From Octopus vulgaris (taxonomy: Eukaryota), in NCBI GenBank assembly GCA_951406725.2, contig OX597824.1, forward strand, positions 46,686,001 through 46,750,000: a DNA stretch of 64,000 nt, given 5' to 3'. The position numbers were made by a program, and so were the translations under genes. A model generated the notes under the pieces. The model was not told where the DNA came from, did no database searches, and saw nothing but the letters and a program-made list of their open reading frames with translations. Positions 12,624 through 23,970 of the stretch are shown piece by piece; positions within the stretch are counted from its first letter, which is position 1; the number at the start of each line of letters is the position of its first letter.

Positions 12624-12708
12624 TATGTATGTATGTATGTATGTATGTATGTATGTATGTATGTATGTATGTATGTATGTATCTATGTATGTATGTATTA
12701 TGTATGTG

Positions 12709-12744
<36 letters not shown>

Positions 12745-12759
12745 CCAAAATTATATCAC

Positions 12760-13362
12760 TTACATGAATCTTTTCCCTTTTTGTTTTAAGTGCTTGTCAT
12801 GTGCGTAGTTAGACAATGGAGTTTGGTTACCATACTTTATCAAACTATGTTTTGGCCATAGTGGACCAGGTACAAATGCATTATTTCTTTCATATTGAGG
12901 ATGGTAAGTTGAATAGGAAGGATTTTCGTTCGAGGCATTGAATTCACAGTCTAATTCAGGATAATTCACAACTCCCAATGCGGACATCTGGTGTAATGGA
13001 TAGATGGCGTATGCTAACTTTTCGGGTTCATCCTTAAGCAAACCTTTCAAGCGCTCGAGTTGACAGGAAGCCTCCGGGCCTTTCTCTAAAAGTTCTGTAT
13101 TTGGGAGTACACGGTGAAACTTCTCTCGTGTGTTTGATACAACGATTTTAGCTTTCCAAGACTCAATTTCTTTTTCTTTTATTTCTTTCTGATGTAGTTC
13201 ATCGCTTGTAGTTGATTCTGTCACATGGGCAGATTCGTTGAGTTTGGTTAGTGAATTTTTCCAAAGGTCAAAGTCGTATTTTCTATCCTTCCATGAATAC
13301 TGATAATTCCGTTCGCACTTACTTTTATCTCTTTCAGGATAACAGCTTAAATCTTCATAAGG
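12760..13362 (-). CDS. CFAP92: CFAP92-like exon 13 of those seen (PYEDL...YSWKDRKYDFDLWK...WKAKIVV...LKGLLKDEP...)
   Basis: Acceptor gttcttgtag at 13363; phase 0 matches the previous exon; open for 200 codons; W..R..DFDLY/W motif as recalled for CFAP92. Ends at TAA 12760-12762 or splices at AT|gtaagt (12764). Confidence 0.8.
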   Translation of the reverse strand, partial: PYEDLSCYPERDKSKCERNYQYSWKDRKYDFDLWKNSLTKLNESAHVTESTTSDELHQKEIKEKEIESWKAKIVVSNTREKFHRVLPNTELLEKGPEASCQLERLKGLLKDEPEKLAYAIYPLHQMSALGVVNYPELDCEFNASNENPSYSTYHPQYERNNAFVPGPLWPKHSLIKYGNQTPLSNYAHDKHLKQKGKRFM

Positions 13363-13531
13363 CTACAAGAACAGTTTTTAAAATATATTAGATTAAGTTC
13401 ATATAATGCCTAGCATTGTAATAAAATTGAGTTAGTGAGAATTCTTTATTGTAAACAGAAGTAGGATAATGTAAATAACCATAACTATACATTATTTACA
13501 TTGGACGGATATGTGTCCTCGTCTGTTGTTA

Positions 13532-13576
13532 CCACAACGTTTCGGCTGATTTACTCTCCTGTCTTCATCAGGTGTC
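13532..13576 (-). ncRNA. Degenerate minimal hammerhead-ribozyme motif (Penelope/retrozyme type)
   Basis: Minus strand gacac-CTGATGA-agacag...cagcc-GAAACGTT-gtgg: both core boxes present, palindromic AACGTT in place of stem III, stem II mismatched. Confidence 0.5.
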
Positions 13577-13648
13577 CTGGTAGAATTTTGAACCCAACCC
13601 TGGGTTCTCGTTCGTTTTTTTTTTGCCGATGTCATTATTATTATTATT

Positions 13649-14205
13649 GAGTGAGAGAACAGTGCATGCCATCAAAGTGACACTGGGGTAAAATATACGA
13701 AGCCCAGTATACTCATTATGACTACCCGTCTGATAAGGGTACACTAGGCACATGCATCACAACCATATATACGCGAGATGGTGATCTCATATCAAGATAA
13801 ACAGCGCATGACCTTGCAGGTGCAGCCCAGTTAGAATTTTCTTCTGGTCGAGTAGCCCATCCCGCTCAAAAGCTCCCTAAATAAGGATTGTTTAAGGATG
13901 TTGAACGAACCAATCATGTTTCCAAAGGTGAATTATTCAAACCTCTAAGAATTCCTTTCAACATACGGCTATGATGCTCCCCCACTACTTTTGCTCGTGA
14001 TCAGAGATGCACATATCGTCAGGCACTAAGGGACAAGTTCAACTGGTTACGGTCAAATAACTGACAAGCAAATCTGTGGTATTGAGCAGAATATTTCTGT
14101 AGCCCATCTTTTATACCAAGACAAAACAATGTACATGATAACACCTCCAATCAGTTAAGATCGGGAGCCATGAGAGCCACTGTCTGGTATTGCATCTGGG
14201 CATTT
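13649..14205 (-). repeat. ~550-bp unclassified interspersed repeat, copy 1 (others 14311-14574 and 50184-50720)
   Basis: Close identity among the three copies; each abuts (AAT)n or (ATC)n. Confidence 0.85.
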
Positions 14206-14248
<43 letters not shown>

Positions 14249-14267
14249 CCACCACCACTACCACCAC

Positions 14268-14303
<36 letters not shown>

Positions 14304-14310
14304 TATTATT

Positions 14311-14574
14311 GAGTAAGAGAGCAGTGCATGCCATCAAAGTGACACTGGGGTAAAATATACGAAGCCCAGTATACTCATCATGACTACCCGTCTGATAAGG
14401 TACACCTGGCACATGCATCACAACCATATGTGCGCGACATGGTGATCTCATATCAAGATAAACAGCGCATGATCTTGCAGGTGGGGGTCCAGTTAGAATT
14501 TTCTTCTGGTCGAGTAGCTCAACCCGCTCAAAAGGTCCCTGAATAAGGATTGTTTAAGGATGTTGAACGAACCA
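14311..14574 (-). repeat. Truncated copy 2 of the ~550-bp repeat
   Basis: Near-identical to 13649-13915; separated from copy 1 by a (CAT)n/(CAC)n array. Confidence 0.85.
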
Positions 14575-17500
14575 CTTCTCCTTCCGCATCGACCACCTTC
14601 CTCATTTAAAATATCTTAATACTCTACCGTACCGTACCATATCTTAAATGCGTACCAGGTACTGATGCTGGCAATTAAAATGTTAGCTAAAATATAAATG
14701 TACGACAAATAAAGAAATTCTATAGAAGATTACAAACTTTTTACAATTAAAACTACGTGTACGAGTATACAGTATTAAACTTTAATTTTTTATGAAATTG
14801 TTTGCACGGTTAGAAAATGTGAAAAATGCATTATGTTTTCCCACGTTTCATGGTGCTAAGTATTTCAAACAGTTCATCTGGGTGAGCTGGTCTTTCGCAC
14901 GCCGACCCCCATTTGACCCCTTGGCTATAATCGACCCCCTGTAGTTCCTCGCCGACCCCTAGGCGGTCACTCGAACCCCTGGTCTAGAACTATGTATAAC
15001 ATAATAAATTACTATCTGTATCGTGACATCGTAGAAAGCTATTCCAAACTATAGATAATCTTTGTCATAAGAGTTAACTTTTTTCTTCACTACGACACCA
15101 ATCTGTTATAAGTAACATTTGCAGAAGAACTACTATGCATAAAATTTAGAGGAAAATAGAAAAAAATCTTGCAATGGATAAGAAATCAAAGCAAATAGCA
15201 GATTATGCATTACGTTTTCCAGTTGACAATTACGCCACAATAGAGGAGGGACGATATTTTTAAAGTTAACAAATCTAGGCTACAGTTGAAAATAACAGAA
15301 ATTATTGTAAATGAAGCAAGGTTATAATTTGATTATTACAAAACACTACGCTTATGCTTGTGCATTTCTTTATAACTCCAAGGAAATTTATTATTGTGCT
15401 GCGTTCGCACATCGTGCACGATGAATAGTTAGCTTAGACGTCATAACAAGCATTTCGCTGTTATTAGAATTATAAAAAATGATGGGTCCTACCAATTATA
15501 ATTCATAAAGAATGGTAAGAACGATATATTTCCTGTTTTCTAAAAGTTATTTATTAGGATTTAATTCTCTTTAGACTCATACTTTTGAAATATTGATTTC
15601 TATTGTATATAAAATTGCGTTATGCAAGGGGAAATAAACTCCATTTAATACTTTAAGTTATTTCCCTTAGAAGGCAAAGTTTTTTTTTTTTTTGTAATTT
15701 TCTTTTCACTTTGTTTATATTTTTTTAAGATAAAATATTCATTAGATAATGCACGCGGCGATAAATTTGGTAGGTGAGTATTGCCGATTGAATTAGCCTC
15801 CAGACTTGACTAAGAACTTATATTTTCGCCTCTTCACCTATACAAAATGCTGTTGGATATTTCCTTAAAGGGGAACAACTCTGTATGGAATACTATGAAG
15901 TTTATATTTCAAGATACGTATGCAGCGAAATTTGGAAAACTGGAAGGGAAATATTTGATTTGAGCAACATTTTAAAAACAATCCCCACCACTAATTAACT
16001 CATAATAGGGAAATAAATTTATATAGCTATTCTGTTATACAATTTACCACCAAAACATCATAATTATTGATACGGATTTCAAATTATTGAATATGTTACT
16101 GGGCGTAACTAAATACTAAATTACAATTTCTCCGACACTCTACCAACTATGTCATCCAGAGCCTTTGAATTAATTAAATAAAACATTCATTATATTTTTT
16201 CCATAAATAAAAAATAAAGTGAAATGTTTATGCCCCACCCCCCACCATTAATTCATCTATTTGTCAGAAGTGGCAGAGTCGCTAGGGCGTCAGGTATATC
16301 TGGTAGTATTCGTTCCAATTCTGTGCTCTGCATTGTAATCTTGCAGGGTTCCATCTTGCCTTTTGTACTTTCGATAAATTAGTAGTCAGTGGGGATGGAC
16401 AGACGGAATTGTCAGACTGTCAAACAAGATTCCCATGCAGTTTCCATTCCAGCTCTCTTTATTCTGAGTTCGAATTCCAAGAGATAAATCCCGCTCGATG
16501 ACCATCGATGGCTGAGGGAAGGTGAAGGGGAACTACAGCAACAGCATTAGTATCTCTGCTATAAGACAACCATCCCCTCCATCGTCCCAACACAGTTGAG
16601 CCATGCGTATGAGGACACTGAAGACCAAGGACAGTAAGGATCGAACGCGTGACACTTTCTCAGCAATAATCAGGCATTACTGAATGGTCCAGAGTTGCAG
16701 AAACCTTAGAAATGTATGTATGAATGTCTTTTTCGCTCTTTAACCTACAATAAATTTTGACCGCCTACCAACTTGGTAGCAAGGTTGCGAAGGAATGTGT
16801 CATCATTTAACCATCATCCTTTAAATTTTAAGAAGGTCTTGCAGATTTTTATAGTCCCAGTATGTGTGTATGTATGGATGGAGGAATGCATGCATGTATG
16901 TATGTATATATATATATATGTATGTATGTATGTATGTATATATGTATGTATTTATGTATGTATGTATGTATGTATGTATCCCTTCACACGGAACTTCAAA
17001 TGCAAGAAATTTAAATGGCACAACCCCTTTCATGATGTATGTCAGCACTAACATGACTACATAAATAAATACAACTCGTTATACATGATAAAAGATAATT
17101 TCCTAGTATCCATAAGTTTCATGAAATTTTTAATAGAATTAAATTCAAAATAAGTCCTAGCTTTAGAATAATTTCACTACTCTTTTAACTTGATTAATAG
17201 GGAAAAATTAGTTTCCCTTCCCACAAATGGTCCCTCATTTCAGTACAACTATCATAACAGAAGAACATACCTTCTACACAGTTAATACTCTCAGAAATGT
17301 ATTGCTTTTAGTGCTAAGGTTTCCATTAATCATAACAACAATAATAACAACATTGATACAAAATGCTGTGAAAGCCTTACTGGGAACTCATTCAAATCCA
17401 AATATATTCAGATTAGACATAAAGCCAAAAGATCAGCAACAACATTTTCGAGACAAAGGCATTTCTCACAACAAAATTAAATAGTCTGTCATCGAATCCA

Positions 17501-17844
17501 CTACTTTTCCGAAAAATCTGGAATACTAATATAAAATCTCAATCTATTAAATTCTAAATTTGGAGTTGATGTCTTCATGTCTCCACCAAAAGAAGTTCAT
17601 TCTACATTTCTTCAAACTATCTTTTCAATGATATTGTACTTGGTTTTACTTTGTCACACATCTTTTTATCTTTCTCTCATACTTTCTCATCTCTTAGCCT
17701 ACAGTGCTCTACCTTTTCTCAACTACCCCATGCATATACAAATGACAGACTTCACTCTTATATACATGTGAGATAATATGCTTATCTATTTCACGTTTGC
17801 AAACAGTATGGTTAATATGCTACCACACACACAGACACACACAT

Positions 17845-17932
<88 letters not shown>

Positions 17933-17970
17933 ATATGTTATAATTTAGAACAACAGTAAATTGTCATTAT

Positions 17971-18141
17971 GGGTGCAGGAGTGGCTGGGTGGTAAGTAGC
18001 TTGCTTGCCAACCACATGGTTGTGGATTCAGTCCCACTGCGTGGCACTTTGGGCAAGTGTCTTCTGCTATAGCCTCGGGCTGACCAAAGCATTGTAAGTG
18101 GATTTGGTAGATGGAAACTGAAAGAAGCCCGTAATATATAA

Positions 18142-18175
<34 letters not shown>

Positions 18176-18375
18176 ATGTTTGTATGTCTGTGTTTGTCCT
18201 CCCAACATTGCTTGACAACCAATGCTAGTGAATTTATGTCCCCGTCACTTAGAGACCGATAGAATAAGTACTAGGCTTACAAAGAATAAGTCCTGGGGGC
18301 GATTTGCTCGACTAAAGGTGGTGCTCCAGCATAGCCGCAGTCAAATGACTGAAACAAGTAAAAGAATAAAAGAAA
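17971..18375 (+). mobile_element. tRNA-derived SINE family A with internal (TA)n. Other copies: ~24340-24730(-), ~41450-41865(-), 51284-51693(+), ~57159-57560(+), ~59217-59667(-); partials at ~6448-6660, ~30670-30840, ~40440-40655
   Basis: Head with A box (TGGCTG.GTGG) and B box (GG.TTCAGTCCC); conserved body and 3' end gactgaaacaagtaaaaga shared by the copies. Confidence 0.85.
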
Positions 18376-18993
18376 AGAATAGTACTCAGAGTTTTGAATG
18401 TCAGAGGGAAGAGCTACGATGCATTCTCGCCAGCTTTTAATGGCAATAGATGGTAGGAAAAACCGTTGAATAAAAGGGAAGTTACTCCAATAGGTAGAAA
18501 AAGAAATAAAAAAAAAGATAAAAAATACACACAACCATATTCTCACAATTCATAGACATAAACCTCCTGTGTTCATAACGTCCACATACGTACACACTCA
18601 CACAAACACATATACGTACATGCACATACACACACAAACATATATTTACATGTACGTACTCATACATACACAAATATCCATACACACATGTATAACGAGT
18701 TGTATTTATTTATTTATCACCCGACAAGATACATCTGCACCATCAGATGCTCCTGAACAAGTTGTTGAGTGTCCCACCCAAGAGGAAACGATGCTAGATG
18801 TGTTGAAACAATTGTCATGATTAATAATAAATTCTCCTATATTCCATCTTCCATCTTTCATTTGTTATATAAATATATGTATGTATTTATGTATATGTGT
18901 ATGCAACTTCATCCTCATATACATATAGGTGTTTACATGCATACACATAACATAATAAATATATATATATATATAGACATTTATACATATAAA

Positions 18994-19041
<48 letters not shown>

Positions 19042-19510
19042 TTTATATATATATATATATATATATTGGGTGGCACGTAAAAAGCACCCACTACACTCAC
19101 GGAGTGGTTGGCGTTAGGAAGGGCATCAAGCCATAGAAACACTGCCAGATCTGACTGGGCCTGATGAAGCCTTCCAGCTTCACAGACCCCAGTTGAACCG
19201 TCCAACCCATGCTAGCATGGAAAACGGACGCTAAATGATGATGATGATGATGATGATATACAGGCATACATTCACACTCACGCATACACATATATATACA
19301 TATACATCCTCCTATGATGTGTCACCTTTGGCATGCTGGATCCCCAAAGTAGAAACAGCTGTAAGAGTAGGGTTATATTCACTCATTTATTCTTATTTAT
19401 TTATTTATTTATTTATTTATATGATTGTAATTAATAAATAGATCTAGCTGATGTTTATCAATTAATTATCTTCTCCATTTTCATCCTTGCCTTACATATA
19501 TATATATATA

Positions 19511-19559
<49 letters not shown>

Positions 19560-19629
19560 ATATATATTTACATATATATGTATGTATATTTCAAGCTCAA
19601 GTGTGTTTATTGGTTTATTTGCATCATTA

Positions 19630-20570
19630 TGAATGAGGAATGAAGCCAGTATGCTCCGATGGATGTGTAATGTCTGTGTACACACTCGACAGAGTATAAG
19701 TCCTTGAGAGAAAAGTTGGACCTAAGAAGCATCAGCTGTGGTGTGCAAGAGAGACGATTGCGCTGGTATGGTCATGTGGGAAGAATGGATGAAGATAGGT
19801 GTGTGAAAAAGTGCTAATCCCTAGCAGTTGAGGGAACTCGTGGAAGAGGCAGACCCAGGAAAACCTGGGACGAGGTGGTGAAGCATGACCTTCGACCTTT
19901 AGGCCTCACTGAGGCAATGACTAGTGACCGAGACCTTTAGAAATATGCTGTGTGTGAGAAGACCCGGCAGGATAAGTGAGTCCATCCTGTGTCCCTTGCC
20001 AGGGATGTAGCCAGCCCACTTATGCATACTTTTCCTTCCTTGGACACACAAAGACCTGTTGAGGCAAGCGAAGTCGAAATCGAATTCGAAATTGAACCAA
20101 TCCTATGACTGGCACCTGGCAGTTGCAAGAGCCGCTGGACTGACTCCTGTGCAGGTGGCAAGTAAAGAAACACCGGTTTGACCCTGTGCTTGAGGAGATC
20201 CATTGAGTCAAGGACACCAACATCAAAGACCAATGAAAACTGCAGTTGTGAAACGGTGGCACGTAAAAAGCACCATCCGAACATGGCCCATGCCAGCGCC
20301 GCCTTGACTGGCTTCCGTGCCGGTGGCACGTAAAAAGCACCAATCCAATTGTGGCCGTTGCTAGCCTCGCCTGGCACCTGTGCCAGTGGCACGTAAAAAG
20401 CACCCACTACACTCTCGGAGTGGTTGGCGTTAGGAAGGGCATCCAGCTGTAGAAACACTGCCAGATCAGACTGGAGCCTGGTGCAGTCTTCTGGCTTCCC
20501 AGATCACTGGTCGAACCGTCCAACCCATGCTAGCATGGAGAACGGACGTTAAATGATGATGATGATGATA
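19630..20570 (+). mobile_element. 3' end of an RTE-clade LINE with GGTGGCACGTAAAAAGCACC subrepeats and (GAT)n tail
   Basis: Translation RNEASMLRWMC...QERRLRWYGHV.RMDEDR...GRGRPRKTWDEVV matches the RTE C-terminus. The same 3' UTR recurs at ~19067-19257, 20933-21117, ~24950-25180, ~27820-28240, and reversed at ~21120-21320, ~37200-37720, ~62640-63040. Confidence 0.85.
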
Positions 20571-21393
20571 ATGATTGTCTCTTTCTCTCTCTCTTACTCT
20601 CTCTCTCTCTCTTACTCTCTCTCTCTCTCTCTATGTGTGTGTATGTGTGTGTGTGTGTGTGGTGTGTATGTGTGTGTGTGCAGAGAGAGGGACAGACAGA
20701 CAGATTGGCATAATTATGCAAAGAAACCAATAAACTCTTGGGTTTGAAGAAACGCCATAAAGCCAAGCACTTTGGGATGTGAAACCCAGGGTAACCCCAT
20801 AGACTGGTCATAATTATCTTTATCTAATTACTCTACTGCTCTACAACTTAGAATGTACCTCTCTTACAGATTTATGATTTACTGATTATATATATATATA
20901 TATATATATATATCATCATCATCATCATCATGCCGGTGGCACGTAAAAAGCACCCACTACACTCTCGGAGTGGTTGGCGTTAGGAAGGGCATCAAGCTGT
21001 AGAAACTCTGCCAGATCAGATTGGAGCCTGGTGCAGCCATCTGGTTCACCAGCCCTCAGTCAAAATCGTCCAACCCATGCCAGCATGGAAAGCGGACGTT
21101 AAACGATGATGATGATCATCATCCTATGCTGGCATGGGTTGGACAATTTGACTGACGACTAGCGAACCAGATGGCTGCATCAGGCTCCAATCTTGATTTA
21201 ACAGAGCTTCTACAGCTGGATGCCCTTCCTAACGCGAACAACTCTGAGAGTGTAGTGGGTGCTTTTATGTGCCACCAACACGAGGGACAGTCAGGCGGTA
21301 CTGGCAACGGCCATGGAAAAATCCGTTTTTTTTTTCAGTACAGCAAACTGAAGACCAAGAACTGCACATTATATATATATATATTTATGTAAA

Positions 21394-22318
21394 TACAAAA
21401 ATGGGACAAGAATGCAAGACATCCAGACAGTTAGGTGATACAAAAAAGGGACAACAAAACATCCAGACAAATGATACAAAGAAAACAAGGACAGGTCATT
21501 CGGAGTTTTCTTTCCTCAGTCGAGTTCCGGATTATCTTGGCAACTTCAACTGGTTATACTCAAGATTGCTCCAGTCTGGTCAGCCCCAAGGAAAAACTAA
21601 GCTAAGAGCATGAGATTCCTTGGAAGAAAGCAAGCAAATGTAAATGAAAGCAAGAACGGAAAAAAAAAACGGAGAAATGGTACACAAATACAAATAACAG
21701 GACATTAACAACGGGTGTCTTTCGACTAAGGACGAATTAAATTAAGCTGGCATGTGTGGAAGTAAAGCCTTATGGCAGGGACATATGATTTGACAGGCAC
21801 AGGGAGGAATATAGATGTTGCACGGATGGTAGTCAAACCAAGAAAGAAAGGTCTGGCTTGGCCAAACACCAGTCACATGAGAGAGAAGAGAGAGAGGTAG
21901 AGATAGAGGGACAGAAGAAAAAGAAGGGGTGAGAAAAAATTGAGAGGGACAGAATGGAGTGAAAGAGGAGGGAAGGTAAGCATGAAGAGAAGGCCAGGAA
22001 ACGTGAGAGAGGGGGAATGAAAGAACGAAGAGTGGAATGAACAAAGTAAGTGTGAAGGAGCTGATAGAAAGAAGAATGAAAGAATAGAAAGAATAATAGA
22101 GTTGTACAAAATTTAGATATATATATACTTGCATATAAGAGACCAAAGTGTACGTACGCCACTATATTTTCATATATAAAAAAATTTACAAAAATGGGAC
22201 AAGAACACAAAACATCCAGACAGTGATACAAAAAAGGGACACTACAAAACATCCAGACAGATGATATAAAGAAAACAAGGACGGGTCATTCGGAGTTTTC
22301 TTTCCTCAGTCAAGTTCC
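21394..22318. repeat. Interspersed element with ~135-bp direct terminal duplication
   Basis: 21394-21528 and 22187-22318 are near-identical direct repeats around a GA-rich interior. Confidence 0.7.
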
Positions 22319-22785
22319 ATGTATGTTGACATATTAATACAAGTGTACACACATATGTATACTGTCATAAGTATATACGTGTGTATTTGCATGTATTTAT
22401 GTATGTGTCAATGTGTAAGTATACACATAATATTACTAAGTATGTGTGTGGTTACATATGATTCGTGTGTATACATATATGCATGTCCATATGTACGTAC
22501 TTTTGTATAGGTATATATATGTATGCATGTGTATGTACATATATATATACACATATATGTATTTGTATACACACACACATACATATATATATATATGTAT
22601 GTATGAATTTCTAAATGTCTCAGAGAGACATGAGTGGTGGTGGAGTGATATAGTAGTTTTATACTGTCAACTCAACGTGACAGTCCCGTAAGGGAATTAC
22701 ACCACCGCCATTTAGCCCTAGGAAACATCGACGTTTCCTGTCGGCTTTGATACATTTTCTGTGTCCTTATATTTGCAAAGGGGAG

Positions 22786-22818
<33 letters not shown>

Positions 22819-23772
22819 ACTGTGTATTGTCTTTGATCTCATATCAGTGACAATAGTTTCAAGAACGTTGTCTTGCCTAAGATATATAACACCAGGCTAG
22901 TAATCTGACTGAGTTTGTAAACTTACAGATATCAGTCACCATAGTTTATATAGCCTATAATTTATATCACAAAGTAAGGCTTATGACTTAGGGAAAATCT
23001 AAGGATTAAAAAAAGCATTAGATTGAAAAGAAAATTAATGAGTGAATAAATGCAGTTGTCTAATTTATGTATTTGCATGAATTTTGTATAAATTTACCAA
23101 ATTCTGGTGAAAATAACATTTGAATTATGTTCTGCATTTTGAGTTTGCTTTAAAGATCTTTCATCAAACTTTGTAATTCATCACATTAAGACTTTAGCAA
23201 TTTAATTCTTAACTGAATAAAGTCCTTTTTTTATTAAAACAATTGGTATAATTTCATAAATAAAATACTTGTTCCTTCTCATTGATATTTCTGCATCATC
23301 AGGTATTTTCTGCTCTCGGTAAGTTGAATACCATGGATCTAATGCTATCCAACATTACCTATAGATGTGCACCTGGGTAAGGATTCAATCCCTTCCAAGG
23401 GGGCTGGTGGACCACAGCTAGATTTGACCTCTTTAATACAAAGAACCAGAACAAAGACCACTAAGTATCCCATTCAGCTTTTAATGATTCTGCCAGTCTG
23501 CCACACTGATTGGTACTTTATCAACCCTGAAAGGAAGAAAGACAAAGTTGACCTCAGTGTGATTCGAACTTAGAACACAAAGAGCTGGAATAAATACTGC
23601 AAGAAATCCATTTAAGGAACTTCTATTCTTTAGTCTTTTAGCCCATGTCAATTATTGTCAACAAGTCATCCTTACATAGACATCTGCAATTGATGAGTTA
23701 TAAGTCACTACCAAAATCTATTTGGACTTTTTTTTAAATTCTGGAAATAATTGTACTGTTAAAATTAAATAC

Positions 23773-23970
23773 CTGGTATATTTCTTCCAATCTAGCTTCA
23801 GAGGGTCTCTGAATTGGTACATGACGTTGAAGGATAGATTTTTGTTGAGCAAGAATCCACCTTCTGTTTTTCTTTAAAGGTTTTTCACTTTTCACTAATG
23901 TATCCTTGACAGGCGGAATTGTCATTGTGTGATGGAACTCAGGGCCATAAGTATATAATGTGTTCTTGTC
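23773..23970 (-). CDS. CFAP92: CFAP92-like exon 12 (DKNTLYTYGPEFHH...RPSEARLEEIYQ)
   Basis: Acceptor ctattttag, donor gtattt; 198 nt, phase 0-0; open frame. Confidence 0.8.

Noticed and set aside
17971-18050. tRNA gene
   Set aside because: A/B boxes belong to a multi-copy SINE head; no complete cloverleaf seen.
19311-19375. Further hammerhead-like motifs (gaaacagctgtaag; also ~47150-47220 and ~62390-62435)
   Set aside because: The CUGANGA box is not intact and stems cannot be assigned.
20250-20410. Spaced GGTGGCACGTAAAAAGCACC repeats resembling a CRISPR array (also 27860-28070, 37370-37600)
   Set aside because: Eukaryotic context, spacers similar to each other, no cas genes; these are RTE 3' UTR subrepeats.
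23077-23365. Possible extra minus-strand exon
   Set aside because: No clean splice-bounded frame with family motifs; neighbouring exons already join in phase.
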